A stretch of 64,000 bases of DNA, taken from contig JAVBOO010000005.1 of the NCBI GenBank assembly GCA_031550435.1, forward strand, positions 34,405 through 98,404, in the 5' to 3' direction. A program made the position numbers and the translations under genes. Origin of the DNA: Eubacteriales bacterium. GTDB taxonomy: Bacteria; Bacillota; Clostridia; Lachnospirales; WRAX01. The notes beneath the pieces are model-generated. The model was not told the DNA's origin, made no database searches, and saw nothing but the letters and a program-made list of their open reading frames with translations. Of this stretch, positions 27,166 to 36,875 are shown piece by piece (within the stretch, counting starts at the first letter, position 1; each line of letters starts with the position of its first letter).

Positions 27166-28080
27166 GTGATTGGAATTAGTCTGGATATTTCGTTGGATCT
27201 GTATAAAATATTCTGTGTGGTCGTCAGAACAGAAAACATGTCTCTTGCCGCAAAGGAGCTTTTTATTTCGCAGCCCGCGGTAAGTATGGCTATCAGGCAG
27301 TTGGAGGATAAATACCGAAAGCCGCTTCTCGTGCGCTCTTCTAAAGGCATACGCCCGACCGCAGAAGGTAAAATGCTCTATGACTACTTAGTTCAGGCTC
27401 TGAGCCTTATCCAGACAGCGGAAGACAAATACTTCCAGATGGCCAGTCTTAACGACGGCGAGATAAAGATAGGCGCAAGCGACACTATTCTTAGCAACTA
27501 TCTTCTTCCTTATATAAATGTTTTTATGAAACGTTACCCCAAAATAACCGTAAAAATGACTAACAACCTGACGAAAGAAACGATTAATCTGTTGAAAATC
27601 GGAGAGGTTGATATAGGCTTTATTAACTTGCCCGTAACACACAATGACCATTTTGAGCTTAGCGAATGCATGCAGCTTCATGATTCTCTTCTCTGCGGAG
27701 AAAGATATAAGCACTTAAGACAGACCGGAATAAACCTGAAAAACATAAACGATTATCCCTTGCTAATGCTGGAAAGAGGTTCGAGTACACGCAGCTTTTT
27801 GGACGGTTACGCCGAAATGAGCGGAGTTATACTCAAACCGGCAATAGAGCTCGGCAGCACCGATCTGTTGATTAAATTCGCTAAAATTAATCTGGGGCTT
27901 ACTTTTGCCGCACGCGAATTTCTGACAAAGGAAATAAACAGCGGCGAACTTTTTGAAATACCGATTACGCCGAAAATCCCTCATCGTTCGATCGGGCTTA
28001 TCAAGCTTACCGGCATACCCCTATCGTATGCCGCGGCAAAATTTGTCGATATCCTTAAAGAAAATAATTGTATTTCCTGA
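27166..28080 (+). CDS. LysR-family transcriptional regulator
   Basis: N-terminal HTH with NMSLAAKELFISQPAVSMAIRQLE plus a LysR substrate-binding domain. GTG start. Confidence 0.85.
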   Translation: MIGISLDISLDLYKIFCVVVRTENMSLAAKELFISQPAVSMAIRQLEDKYRKPLLVRSSKGIRPTAEGKMLYDYLVQALSLIQTAEDKYFQMASLNDGEIKIGASDTILSNYLLPYINVFMKRYPKITVKMTNNLTKETINLLKIGEVDIGFINLPVTHNDHFELSECMQLHDSLLCGERYKHLRQTGINLKNINDYPLLMLERGSSTRSFLDGYAEMSGVILKPAIELGSTDLLIKFAKINLGLTFAAREFLTKEINSGELFEIPITPKIPHRSIGLIKLTGIPLSYAAAKFVDILKENNCIS

Positions 28081-28101
28081 CAGATGCAGTTTTAGCCTTG
28101 C

Positions 28102-28134
28102 AAACGCCGATATGTTACAGCGCGGCGTTTTTTG
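28102..28134 (+). terminator. Rho-independent terminator after the LysR gene
   Basis: aaacgccg...cggcgttt stem followed by a T run. Confidence 0.55.
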
Positions 28135-28298
28135 AGAGCGAATACACCTGTATTTGCCGGGCATATAGTTGTTTATCGGAGTATTAAAGCCGAAAAATAT
28201 TTTCGGCGAAGCAAACTAAGATTTTATGCCCTGTATTTTAAGGGCATAAACGGTTAAAACGCGAATACCCGATTAAATCAGTAAACGGAGGCTGGATT

Positions 28299-29066
28299 AT
28301 GAAAAACTACTATTTCGGAGACATTGAGCTTATCGTATGTGACGATTACGAAAAAATGAGCAAGGCATGTGCCGATTACATTGCGGAGACCGTCAACAAT
28401 ACCCCCGGGGCCGTACTCGGACTTGCAACCGGAAGTTCCCCTGTAGGAACATATAAGGAGCTTATTGCCTTGAATAAAGCAGGGCATGTTGATTTTTCGG
28501 ACGTTACGACATTTAATCTTGACGAGTACTACCCGATCGCCGAGGAGAACGACCAGAGTTATCATTATTTTATGAACGATAACCTGTTTAATCACGTTAA
28601 CATCAAAAAGTCAAACACCAATTTCCCAAAACTTGACGCGCCGGACGCAAACATCAGCGCTTCCGACTATGAGAAGCTTATTTGCGCAAGCAAAAGAGTC
28701 AATCTTCAGCTTGTCGGGATCGGCTTAAACGGTCATATAGGGTTCAACGAGCCCAATGATGTTTATCCGGCCGAAACGCACTACGAAAAGCTGACGGAAA
28801 GCACAAGACAGGCGAACTCCCGCTTCTTTAAGTCTATAGACGAAGTTCCGACGCACGCCATAACAATGGGAATCGGTACTATCATGCGCGCAGACCGTAT
28901 CGCGATGGTTGTTTCGGGAGAAAACAAGGCAGAGATACTTTATAAAACGCTGAAGGGCGATATTACACCCCGAGTGCCCTCAACCGCGCTCAGGTTCCAC
29001 AGAAACGTCAAAATTTTCGCCGATGCGGCGGCAGCGGGCTTAATCGAGAACGGTACAGTCGTTTAG
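28299..29066 (+). CDS. nagB: Glucosamine-6-phosphate deaminase
   Basis: LGLATGSSP, FNLDEY, GIGLNGHIGFNEP motifs. Confidence 0.9.
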   Translation: MKNYYFGDIELIVCDDYEKMSKACADYIAETVNNTPGAVLGLATGSSPVGTYKELIALNKAGHVDFSDVTTFNLDEYYPIAEENDQSYHYFMNDNLFNHVNIKKSNTNFPKLDAPDANISASDYEKLICASKRVNLQLVGIGLNGHIGFNEPNDVYPAETHYEKLTESTRQANSRFFKSIDEVPTHAITMGIGTIMRADRIAMVVSGENKAEILYKTLKGDITPRVPSTALRFHRNVKIFADAAAAGLIENGTVV

Positions 29067-29161
29067 ACAAAATCAGTCTTAAACGATTGCAGGATGCCGG
29101 GCGTTAAATTCAAAACCGCTCAAGCTTCGCTTGGACGGTTTTAAATTTAACTGACTATAAA
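29056..29161. repeat. Intergenic repeat family B, dispersed copy; overlaps the nagB stop codon
   Basis: It matches 11171-11277 at most positions, including the hairpin aaaaccgctcaagc-ttc-gcttggacggtttt, which carries one compensatory stem change relative to the other copy. Confidence 0.55.
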
Positions 29162-29170
29162 TAATCAAAC

Positions 29171-29222
29171 AAAAAGGGTTGTTACCCGGCGATTTCAAAA
29201 TCGCCGGATACAACCCTTTTTT
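29171..29222. terminator. Bidirectional terminator between the convergent nagB and rnz
   Basis: aaaaagggttgt..ccggcgattt-caa-aatcgccgg..acaacccttttt: long hairpin flanked by A and T runs. Confidence 0.6.
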
Positions 29223-29229
29223 ACAGCCG

Positions 29230-30144
29230 TTAATCCTCTTCGAACAGTATCGTCTTTGTCATCCTGTCATAGCCGGTTTTGGCGTTCGGGAAAACAGATG
29301 TCGCAAACTTGATATAATTGTACGGGTCGGGCATAGCCGGAGAAAAATGAGTCAACCAGAGCTCTTTAACATTACCTTCTTTCGCTATTTGCGCCGCCTC
29401 CGAAAAAATCATGTGCTTATGCTCTTTGGCCTTTTGAAACTTTTCGTTGTCTCCGTAAAGCCCCTCGCATATAAATAAATCAGAGTTTTCGACAAACTTC
29501 GGCATTGAAAGAACCGGTCTTGTATCCGTTATATAGGAAATCTTGATGCCTTTTCTCGAATCCCCGAGTACCATATCGGGAGTATAATGCCTTCCCTCAA
29601 AATCAATTACCTCGCCTTTTTGCAGCCTTGACCAAAGTCTGAGAGGTATGTCCTGAGCTTTTGCCCGTTCCGCGTCAAACTTTCCCGCCCTGTCAACACT
29701 GTAGCTGTAACCGACGCAGCGTATACGGTGATCCAGCGGTAAAGTGGAAATTTTATAACCCGAAAGCTCAAAGCTGACGCCCTGGCTCGGCGGAAGTTCT
29801 ATAAATTCAAGCTTAAAAGGAAGCTCCGGCGCAATAACGCAAAGGCTTTTTACGATATTGCCCAAACCGCACGGCCCGACTAACGTTACAGGCTCGCTTC
29901 TGTCCGAGTTCCCGATAGTTAGCAGCAGACCGGGAAGCCCTGAAATATGATCGGCATGGAAATGAGTAAAACATATTACATCTATATTCTTAAATCCCCA
30001 GCCCAGCAGCTTTAAAGTTACCTGCGTGCCCTCACCGCAGTCGGTCAGGAGCATGCTCCCGTTCAGCCTGGTTATCAGAGATGTCAAAAACCTGTTCGCA
30101 AGCGGCATCATACCGCCTGTTCCCGCTAAAGATACGTCTAACAT
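29230..30144 (-). CDS. rnz: Ribonuclease Z / MBL-fold metallo-hydrolase
   Basis: HFHADHISGLPGLL motif and typical RNase Z length from M27. The ORF track extends to 30222 through a low-complexity KNQKNQKN stretch. Confidence 0.8.
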   Translation of the reverse strand: MLDVSLAGTGGMMPLANRFLTSLITRLNGSMLLTDCGEGTQVTLKLLGWGFKNIDVICFTHFHADHISGLPGLLLTIGNSDRSEPVTLVGPCGLGNIVKSLCVIAPELPFKLEFIELPPSQGVSFELSGYKISTLPLDHRIRCVGYSYSVDRAGKFDAERAKAQDIPLRLWSRLQKGEVIDFEGRHYTPDMVLGDSRKGIKISYITDTRPVLSMPKFVENSDLFICEGLYGDNEKFQKAKEHKHMIFSEAAQIAKEGNVKELWLTHFSPAMPDPYNYIKFATSVFPNAKTGYDRMTKTILFEED

Positions 30145-30249
30145 TAATACACCTGTATTTTTTTGATTTTTTTGATTTTTGTTTGCTTGTTTTTGCTTCG
30201 TGACAAAATCGTGCCGTTTCATCGGCTTTTACACGCAGCTGCGCCGATA

Positions 30250-30966
30250 TTATTCAGTCTGCGGCTTATCTCCTTGATCCAATAACAGCTCGGCATACTT
30301 GAAGTCGGCCTCGGTGTCAATATCCAAAGAAGTTTTTTCGTCCATTACGTATGCGTAGGTGCTAGGCGGCTGGAACGTAGAATACTTTTTCAAAGCGGCA
30401 CACGAAAGAACATATATGGCACCGTTTAACCTGAACACAGGCTCAAAATCCTGCCTTCTTGCATATTTTTCGCTGTCATACTCGATGAAATTTTCTATTC
30501 TTCCGTCTTTGTCGATTTTTTTCAGCCAAAAAGGCGGATGCTCCTCACGGCATACCGAAACAACACCGGCATTTTCAGACTCATTCTTGTAATACAGCTC
30601 CACGGCTTCCTCGATTTGACGTGCGGTTCTAAAAGGAGAAGTACATTGCAAAAGCACAAAAACATCGCTGTGGATACCGTTAAGAGCTATCGCGTCAAGC
30701 GCGTGCACTACAGTTTTAAACATCGGAGTATCATCGGCGGCAAGCTCATATGGCCTTTTGATAACCCGAACTCCTTCTTTTTCGCACAGAGCCGCTATTT
30801 CGCAGTCATCCGTAGTAACGATAATCTCGGAAATACAGCGCGAAGACCTCGCCGCATTAACCGTCCTCATTATAAGAGGTATACCGCCCAATTCCCTGAT
30901 ATTTTTCCTCTTGACACCTTTCGAACCGCCCCTTGCGGGGATAATTGCCAAAACGTCTCTTTTCAT
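30250..30966 (-). CDS. Acylneuraminate (nonulosonic acid) cytidylyltransferase, NeuA/SpsF-like
   Basis: The N-terminus AIIPARGGSKGVKRKNIREL is the CMP-NeuAc synthetase family signature. Confidence 0.8.
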   Translation of the reverse strand: MKRDVLAIIPARGGSKGVKRKNIRELGGIPLIMRTVNAARSSRCISEIIVTTDDCEIAALCEKEGVRVIKRPYELAADDTPMFKTVVHALDAIALNGIHSDVFVLLQCTSPFRTARQIEEAVELYYKNESENAGVVSVCREEHPPFWLKKIDKDGRIENFIEYDSEKYARRQDFEPVFRLNGAIYVLSCAALKKYSTFQPPSTYAYVMDEKTSLDIDTEADFKYAELLLDQGDKPQTE

Positions 30967-30967
30967 G

Positions 30968-31957
30968 TCAACACCCGGTTAAAATATGTTCCCATGTTAT
31001 CATTTCGTTTTCGGCAACCGGCTTTATCAGCCTCGCTCCGACTACCTTATCGTAGTCATAAGGCTTTATACCTATACCGGAACGCTTGAAGTCAATCGAG
31101 TCATAACTTATGATTTCGCCCTGCCCCAGATCTCTTTTCGCGACTATACATCGCCCAATGTTGCCTTCGCATTTCTGCGGGACCTTCATTCCTGTCCCCA
31201 GCATTATTTCTGCAGTCCTGATACTTTTTACCATTTCAAAAAACTCGAATTTATCGGCTGAGGCCATATGGTCTGGGCCTGCAAGCTTTTTATCGAGAGT
31301 GATATGCTTTTCGATAATCCGTGCTCCGAGTACTACGGCCATAGCCGCCGCCGTTATGCCTAAAGAATGATCCGAATATCCTATTATGCAGTCGGGAAAC
31401 GCATATTTCAAGGTTGTTATCGCGTTTAGGTTAAGCGAATTGTCCGGCGCGGGATAAGTCGACGTACAGTGCAAAAGTGCGATACGATTTATGCGGTTGT
31501 GCTTTCTGACAAGCTCAACGGCTCTTTCGACATCGGAAAGATACGATGCGCCCGTAGAAATTATCAAATCCTTGCCGGCTTTTGCAGCTTTTTCGAGAAA
31601 AGGCGTATGCGTCAGTTCTCCCGAAGCGATTTTTATAGGATCGCTCCCGAGTTTAACGACATCTTCAAAGCTTTCGTAGTCAAACGGCGTTATTATAAAA
31701 TCCAGATTCTTTGAAGCGACATATTCCTTGACTCTAAACATGAGATCCAAAGGCATAACATACTTGTGCAGCATCTCGATCTCGCTTTTTCTGTAAACCG
31801 AAGAACAAAGGAGTTCCGGCGTGAAAAGCTGAAATTTAACGGCATCGGCTCCGCCGGCCGCTGCAACATCCACAAGCTCCCTTAGAAGACCTTCGTCGCC
31901 GTTATGGTTAACCCCGACCTCGGCAATGATATAAACAGAATCTTTAATTCGGAACAT
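30968..31957 (-). CDS. N-acetylneuraminate-type (nonulosonic acid) synthase, NeuB/SpsE-like, with a C-terminal SAF domain
   Basis: IIAEVGVNHNGD, KFQ, IASGE and HCTSTYPAP motifs. AGGAG RBS before the ATG at 31957. Confidence 0.85.
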   Translation of the reverse strand: MFRIKDSVYIIAEVGVNHNGDEGLLRELVDVAAAGGADAVKFQLFTPELLCSSVYRKSEIEMLHKYVMPLDLMFRVKEYVASKNLDFIITPFDYESFEDVVKLGSDPIKIASGELTHTPFLEKAAKAGKDLIISTGASYLSDVERAVELVRKHNRINRIALLHCTSTYPAPDNSLNLNAITTLKYAFPDCIIGYSDHSLGITAAAMAVVLGARIIEKHITLDKKLAGPDHMASADKFEFFEMVKSIRTAEIMLGTGMKVPQKCEGNIGRCIVAKRDLGQGEIISYDSIDFKRSGIGIKPYDYDKVVGARLIKPVAENEMITWEHILTGC

Positions 31958-31965
31958 AAATACTC

Positions 31966-33420
31966 CTAACTGCCGTATTTTTCTCTGCGCTTTCGGCTTT
32001 TCTCCTCTTTTACGGCCTTCATCGTTTTCCATTTGCCGGTGTTAAACCTGCGCTTTATTACAAAACTTCTTACACACTGATCAAACAAAAATGCCGACCA
32101 GCCTCCGAGTATGCCCCACTTGAACACGATAACGAACAGATATGCAAGAAACAAACGACACACCAGTATTCCGAAGAACGAAGAATACAGCGGATACATG
32201 GTGTCTCCCGAGCCTCTTAAGGCTGCTGCCGTTGACATTTGTGACGACTGCACATACTGCACCATCGCGGCTATCACAAAAACCGGCGCGGCCGTCCTCG
32301 CTACGTCAAACGAAGAAGCCTGATTCGGATCAAGAAACAAAAGAGCGATATAGTATCCAAGTCCCGCAATAATCACCGCGACCACAAACGTAGTGATTCT
32401 TGCAAGCCTTCTGGTTACGAGTGTTATTTTTTCTGCAAGAACACAGTCGTCCGCGCCCATAGCTTGGCCGACAAGAGCTGTTCCGGAAATCGAAAACGCC
32501 TGAGAAATAGAAAACGTCATAGAGTTTACACTGCTTACGATCTGATGCGCGGCAAACGCTATAGAACCCAAGCCGGACAAAATCCTGGTATAAACCGTCA
32601 AACCGCCTTGAATAACAAACTGCTCGCCCGCGGAAGGCATGCCTATGGAAAAAATATCTCCGATAAGCGCAAAGTTCGGCTTCCAGCTGTCTCTTATCCT
32701 TATTCGAACCTCGCAGTTCTTGTAGAAAAACAAAACGCCCAGAGCAAACAAGCAAGCAAGCACCCTTGAAATCGACGTTGCGGTTGCCGCTCCGGCAACG
32801 CCCATTTTCGGAAAACCGAGATGACCGTAAATCAATAGGAAGTTAAAAATTACGTTTATGCCGTTTGCAGCCAGATTATAGAACATGGGAAGTTTTGTCT
32901 GCCCGCAGCCTCTCAGAGCGGCCGATACCGCAAGAGTCAAGGCCGAAAAAACTACGCTCATGCTGATTATTTTGAAATATTCCGTTGCATACCCGAGCAT
33001 AAGCCGGTACGAGGCTATTTGCTCCGGTGTCTTTGCGTTTGCGGCTGCCTGACTTGTCATAAACCTCATGATGGGTTCCGAAAAATAGTAACCCGCAAAT
33101 GTCAGAACTATACCTATTACCAAGTTAAAAATCAGCGCTTGCCTGGCGATAAGCCCGCTGCGCTTTTTGTTTCCTTCTCCAACAGCCCATGCTACGAGTG
33201 TCGTAGTTCCGACGTTAATTGCGGAAAATATTGTTATGAGCAGAAAAAACGGCTGATTTGTTAATCCTACGCCTGAAATTGCTTCCGGACTAAGTTTTCC
33301 GACCATAACAACATCCACAAGATTAAATAACGATGATAAAAACAGCTCGATAAACGCGGGTAATGTCATTAATCCGATTCTTTTCAGCAGTGCTTTCTCT
33401 TCTTCGTCCTTGGCAATCAT
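31966..33420 (-). CDS. MATE/MOP-superfamily transporter
   Basis: Twelve TM segments. The N-terminal LPAFIELFLSSLFNLVDVVMVGKL is typical of MATE. The ATG at 33420 has an AAGGTGAAAGG RBS. Confidence 0.8.
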   Translation of the reverse strand: MIAKDEEEKALLKRIGLMTLPAFIELFLSSLFNLVDVVMVGKLSPEAISGVGLTNQPFFLLITIFSAINVGTTTLVAWAVGEGNKKRSGLIARQALIFNLVIGIVLTFAGYYFSEPIMRFMTSQAAANAKTPEQIASYRLMLGYATEYFKIISMSVVFSALTLAVSAALRGCGQTKLPMFYNLAANGINVIFNFLLIYGHLGFPKMGVAGAATATSISRVLACLFALGVLFFYKNCEVRIRIRDSWKPNFALIGDIFSIGMPSAGEQFVIQGGLTVYTRILSGLGSIAFAAHQIVSSVNSMTFSISQAFSISGTALVGQAMGADDCVLAEKITLVTRRLARITTFVVAVIIAGLGYYIALLFLDPNQASSFDVARTAAPVFVIAAMVQYVQSSQMSTAAALRGSGDTMYPLYSSFFGILVCRLFLAYLFVIVFKWGILGGWSAFLFDQCVRSFVIKRRFNTGKWKTMKAVKEEKSRKRREKYGS

Positions 33421-33543
33421 ACCTTTCACCTTGCCAAAGGCAGAAGAAGCAAGCTTCGAGATATCCAATACGCTTCCTCCTGTTATCGCGCCGGTTTTCC
33501 CGGCAGCGCAAAATTCATCAAGCAAACACCGATTACCGAGTGT

Positions 33544-35175
33544 TTACGTGTTTCCCCTATCCCCTCCCTTTGAATTCTTTATTCTGACGACAAACTTTTT
33601 AAAGTTTATCATTTTATCTGTAACGGCTGTCAGCGTAAAGTGCAGATTCTTGCCGTTTGTCAGCATAATTGCCGAAAATTCGAGATGATTCCCGGTATTG
33701 GCCAAAAAAGTATTTCTCGTTTCCTCGTTAAGACCAACAAGCGAAAACATATCTATGCCTTCAGGTTCGTCCACTCCGAGCAGTTCTTTCGATTCCGCGC
33801 TGTAACTCTCGATTATGCCCTGTCCGTTAAGCGCCAGAACAGCATCGTTGCCGCTTTCGAGCGAGATGTCGAGTACTTTTTTCAAATAGCTTGATTCAAT
33901 TTCCATGAAGAGTTCGTGCGTAATATCTTTTGTTACGCTCGTCATACCGATTATTTCGCCGTTTTCGTTATAAAGCGCCGTGACGTTTATATCCGAATAG
34001 AACATCGTTCCGTCAGCCTTGCGTTTCCAGCCTTTGTCCGAGAAACTGCCAGTTTTCAAAACGCAGTCGATTCTTGCTCTGACCTTGCCCGACCCGATTT
34101 CCTCATCGGTGTAAATCATGCTTATCATTTGTCCCACAGCCTGCTGTTCACTCAGTCCGTACATCAATTCCGCGCCGCGGTTCCATTCCAGCACCTTGCC
34201 GTCTTTGTCAAGCACATATATAGCATATTCTTTAACGCTGTTCACAATATTTCTTATGAAGTTGCTCTTATCCTCGAATTTAAGCTTTAGCTCTTTGTTT
34301 AGCTCCTGAATAAGGTTGTTTTGAAACACGGTTTCATTTTTCGAACGCTCGGCCTTTTCAAAAGCAATGCAATTTACAACGGCTATAGCAACATAGTACT
34401 TAAACAAATTGCAAATGTCTATGTTCGCCTGAGTATATCTGTTCATACTCGCAAGTACGAGTATACCCAGAAGCTTGCCGCTGCTCAGTATCGGAACAAA
34501 CATCATTCCGGCCGGCACAAAGTCGCCCGTTATACCCTTTATGTTTAGCACGGGGTTATCCGGCAGACTGTGTATTACGGTTATCTCGGGAACCTCGGCT
34601 GCACTCCCGACAAGGCCTTCTCCCATACTTATATCAAATTCTTCGTAAATACCTCGTCCAAAGCCCCTTGAAGACCTGAGTTCAAGCTTTCCCGTAGAAT
34701 TATTCGCAAGATAGAACGCTCCGCAACTTGATTTTGTCGTGCTCAGTATTCTCGGAAGTATATCATTCATCATTGCAGACAATTTGTTGTTTGAAGCAAT
34801 CGAATTAACTATATACTGTATTTCGCGCATGTTATCGTCCGCGTGTTTAAGCAGTCCGTTCAAGGTCTCAAGTTCTTCGAGCGCTTCCGAAATTTCACTC
34901 GGTATATCAAGCGGCGGAACAAACTCCTTGTTTAATGCAATGGATTTCAGTAATTTAAGCAGCATTCGGTACATATTTCTTGTTTTTCTCTTATAACTGA
35001 AATAGAAAAACGACCATGTGACACTGTATACAACGACAGTGGTTATAAGTAGATAAAAAGCCGTATGGTCGGCTGTTCCCGATGTATACGAAAAAAAGAC
35101 AAGAATAGCCAAAATGGCTACCTCGCCAAGTAAAACCATTATCTCCGAATACGATTTGTCTTTATCGCCGTTCAA
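33544..35175 (-). CDS. Membrane-anchored GAF-PAS-PAS sensor protein with no recognisable output domain
   Basis: Two N-terminal TM helices, a GAF-like region (..GEGLVGSAA..LGILVLAS..) and a PAS S-box (DGKVLEWNRGAELMYG..GMTSVTKDITHE) plus a second PAS-like fold. TTG start with a GGAG RBS. Confidence 0.7.
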   Translation of the reverse strand: MNGDKDKSYSEIMVLLGEVAILAILVFFSYTSGTADHTAFYLLITTVVVYSVTWSFFYFSYKRKTRNMYRMLLKLLKSIALNKEFVPPLDIPSEISEALEELETLNGLLKHADDNMREIQYIVNSIASNNKLSAMMNDILPRILSTTKSSCGAFYLANNSTGKLELRSSRGFGRGIYEEFDISMGEGLVGSAAEVPEITVIHSLPDNPVLNIKGITGDFVPAGMMFVPILSSGKLLGILVLASMNRYTQANIDICNLFKYYVAIAVVNCIAFEKAERSKNETVFQNNLIQELNKELKLKFEDKSNFIRNIVNSVKEYAIYVLDKDGKVLEWNRGAELMYGLSEQQAVGQMISMIYTDEEIGSGKVRARIDCVLKTGSFSDKGWKRKADGTMFYSDINVTALYNENGEIIGMTSVTKDITHELFMEIESSYLKKVLDISLESGNDAVLALNGQGIIESYSAESKELLGVDEPEGIDMFSLVGLNEETRNTFLANTGNHLEFSAIMLTNGKNLHFTLTAVTDKMINFKKFVVRIKNSKGGDRGNT

Positions 35176-35295
35176 AGCACATGCTCCTCTCTCTTATAAG
35201 AGCCGCAGGCACCGGCACGTCAAGCCGCAAATACGAAAGCACCTTCCCTTAAAAGGCGTTCCCGAACAGCACTGATAAAGAACATTACGAGCCTG

Positions 35296-36405
35296 CTATA
35301 GAATCTTACTTATAATGATATCCCTTTGTTCGGAAAGATTAATGACGGTATCATCAACCCTAACCATGGGACGGGAAAGATCAAGCTTGTTTATATACAC
35401 AATCTGCCCTTGTCTTCCGTCACTCAGTCCTACATAGCTTCCAACATAAGTATACGCTATATTCTGCAAAAATGAAAGTAAAAATTCCGTATCAAGTTCA
35501 CCATAGCTGTTGTTTTCGAATTCTCTGATGACATGGAACGGGCAAATACGCGAACGATAAACGCGGTTTGATGTCATTGCGTCATAAATATCGCAAATTG
35601 CCAGCATTCTGCCGAAGCGGCTGATTCTTTGACCCTTCAGCCCAAACGGATAACCGGTGCCGTCAATTTTTTCGTGATGCGTAAGCGCGGCAAGAATTAT
35701 CTCGTTTGGTATATTTTGCTCCTTCAGTATTTCATAGCCCATAACGCAATGATGCATTATTATGTTGAACTCTTCTGCCGTCAGCGGCTCTTTTTTATTT
35801 AAAATACTCGGCTCGATCCTCGTCTTCCCAACATCATGCAAAAGCCCGGCAGCCGTAAGATTTATCGTATCCTCGTCGCTGAGATTCAGCCAGGAGGCGA
35901 ACAGATTGCAAAGCAGCGATACGTTATTGCTGTGAGTATAGGTATGCTCGTCCGACGATGAAAGACAAGCAAGATACGAAAGCAAGTCGCTTTTGTAATT
36001 CAGCTTTGACATCGTATCCGTCGTTATATTTACAATCGTGTCAACCTTAACAGAGCCGCCGTTTCCGATATCGATAAGCGCGGCTTTCAAAACCTGAGTT
36101 TTATTGTCGTACTCTTTCTTAAAAGCTTTGAACTCTGGCTTGTCTTCGATTTTTTCAACTATAAGCTCAGGCATACCGCCCATGCCACCCATAAAATGAC
36201 GCTTTGAATAATCGATACTTGAGGACTTGATAAAAAGAAAGCGAATATTATTAAGAGTAAGCCTGGAAAAATTTTCAGACGTCAAAGCGGCACCCTGCGG
36301 TAAAAGCACAGCGCCCCAAGTGTTGAGAACATCCCTGCCCAGAACCATTCCTTCTCTGAGTTCGTTAATGCTCATCTTCTGTATTATGTTGTCAGCTTTG
36401 TCCAT
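35296..36405 (-). CDS. HD-GYP domain protein (putative c-di-GMP phosphodiesterase)
   Basis: HSNNVS.., LLHDVGK and HHEKIDGTGYP motifs. GAGGTG RBS before the ATG at 36405. Confidence 0.85.
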   Translation of the reverse strand: MDKADNIIQKMSINELREGMVLGRDVLNTWGAVLLPQGAALTSENFSRLTLNNIRFLFIKSSSIDYSKRHFMGGMGGMPELIVEKIEDKPEFKAFKKEYDNKTQVLKAALIDIGNGGSVKVDTIVNITTDTMSKLNYKSDLLSYLACLSSSDEHTYTHSNNVSLLCNLFASWLNLSDEDTINLTAAGLLHDVGKTRIEPSILNKKEPLTAEEFNIIMHHCVMGYEILKEQNIPNEIILAALTHHEKIDGTGYPFGLKGQRISRFGRMLAICDIYDAMTSNRVYRSRICPFHVIREFENNSYGELDTEFLLSFLQNIAYTYVGSYVGLSDGRQGQIVYINKLDLSRPMVRVDDTVINLSEQRDIIISKIL

Positions 36406-36845
36406 TACTATCACCTCAATAAACTTGACTAGTGAACATTATATATCGCCGCGGATGTGACACGCAATTTGCCGGAACAATATGCCGATTTCGGCACAAA
36501 ACACACCGTTTATCTGCCGTCTGTTAAAGTACCGGCAAAACAACGGCGCTTAGATACCCCTTTGTCACATACATATTTTTATTGACGCATCAATCATATA
36601 ACATATATCGTCATTTTTCAATAATATTATATATTATAGTGAATAAAGTTGAAATCTGACCAAACGAGTTGATACATTTTGTTTCTTTCGCTTTATAAAC
36701 CCTTTAAAGTTCGATGCCCGAGGGTGTTGCAGCCTCAGAGCCTTAAGCCCGGCCGCAATAAACTAAAAAGTTCATTATATTTTTGCGCCGATTTTTGGCA
36801 AGTTAATCAGCTGTTCCGCGATACTGATTGTGTCTGAAAATTTTG

Positions 36846-36875
36846 GAATAATTTACAGTTTCTGTGAGCATAATA
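36846..36875 (+). promoter_or_regulatory. Candidate forespore (sigma-F/G type) promoter for yyaC: GAATA-N18-CATAATA
   Basis: It matches the GHATR-N17/18-CATnnTA pattern and lies 29 nt upstream of the yyaC ATG. Confidence 0.35.

Noticed and set aside
30145-30222. N-terminal extension of RNase Z with KQKQANKNQKNQKN, encoded by ttttgattttt direct repeats
   Set aside because: It is a low-complexity A/T repeat. RNase Z homologues begin near MLDVSLAGTG, so this is treated as 5' UTR. The longer start cannot be excluded without proteomics.
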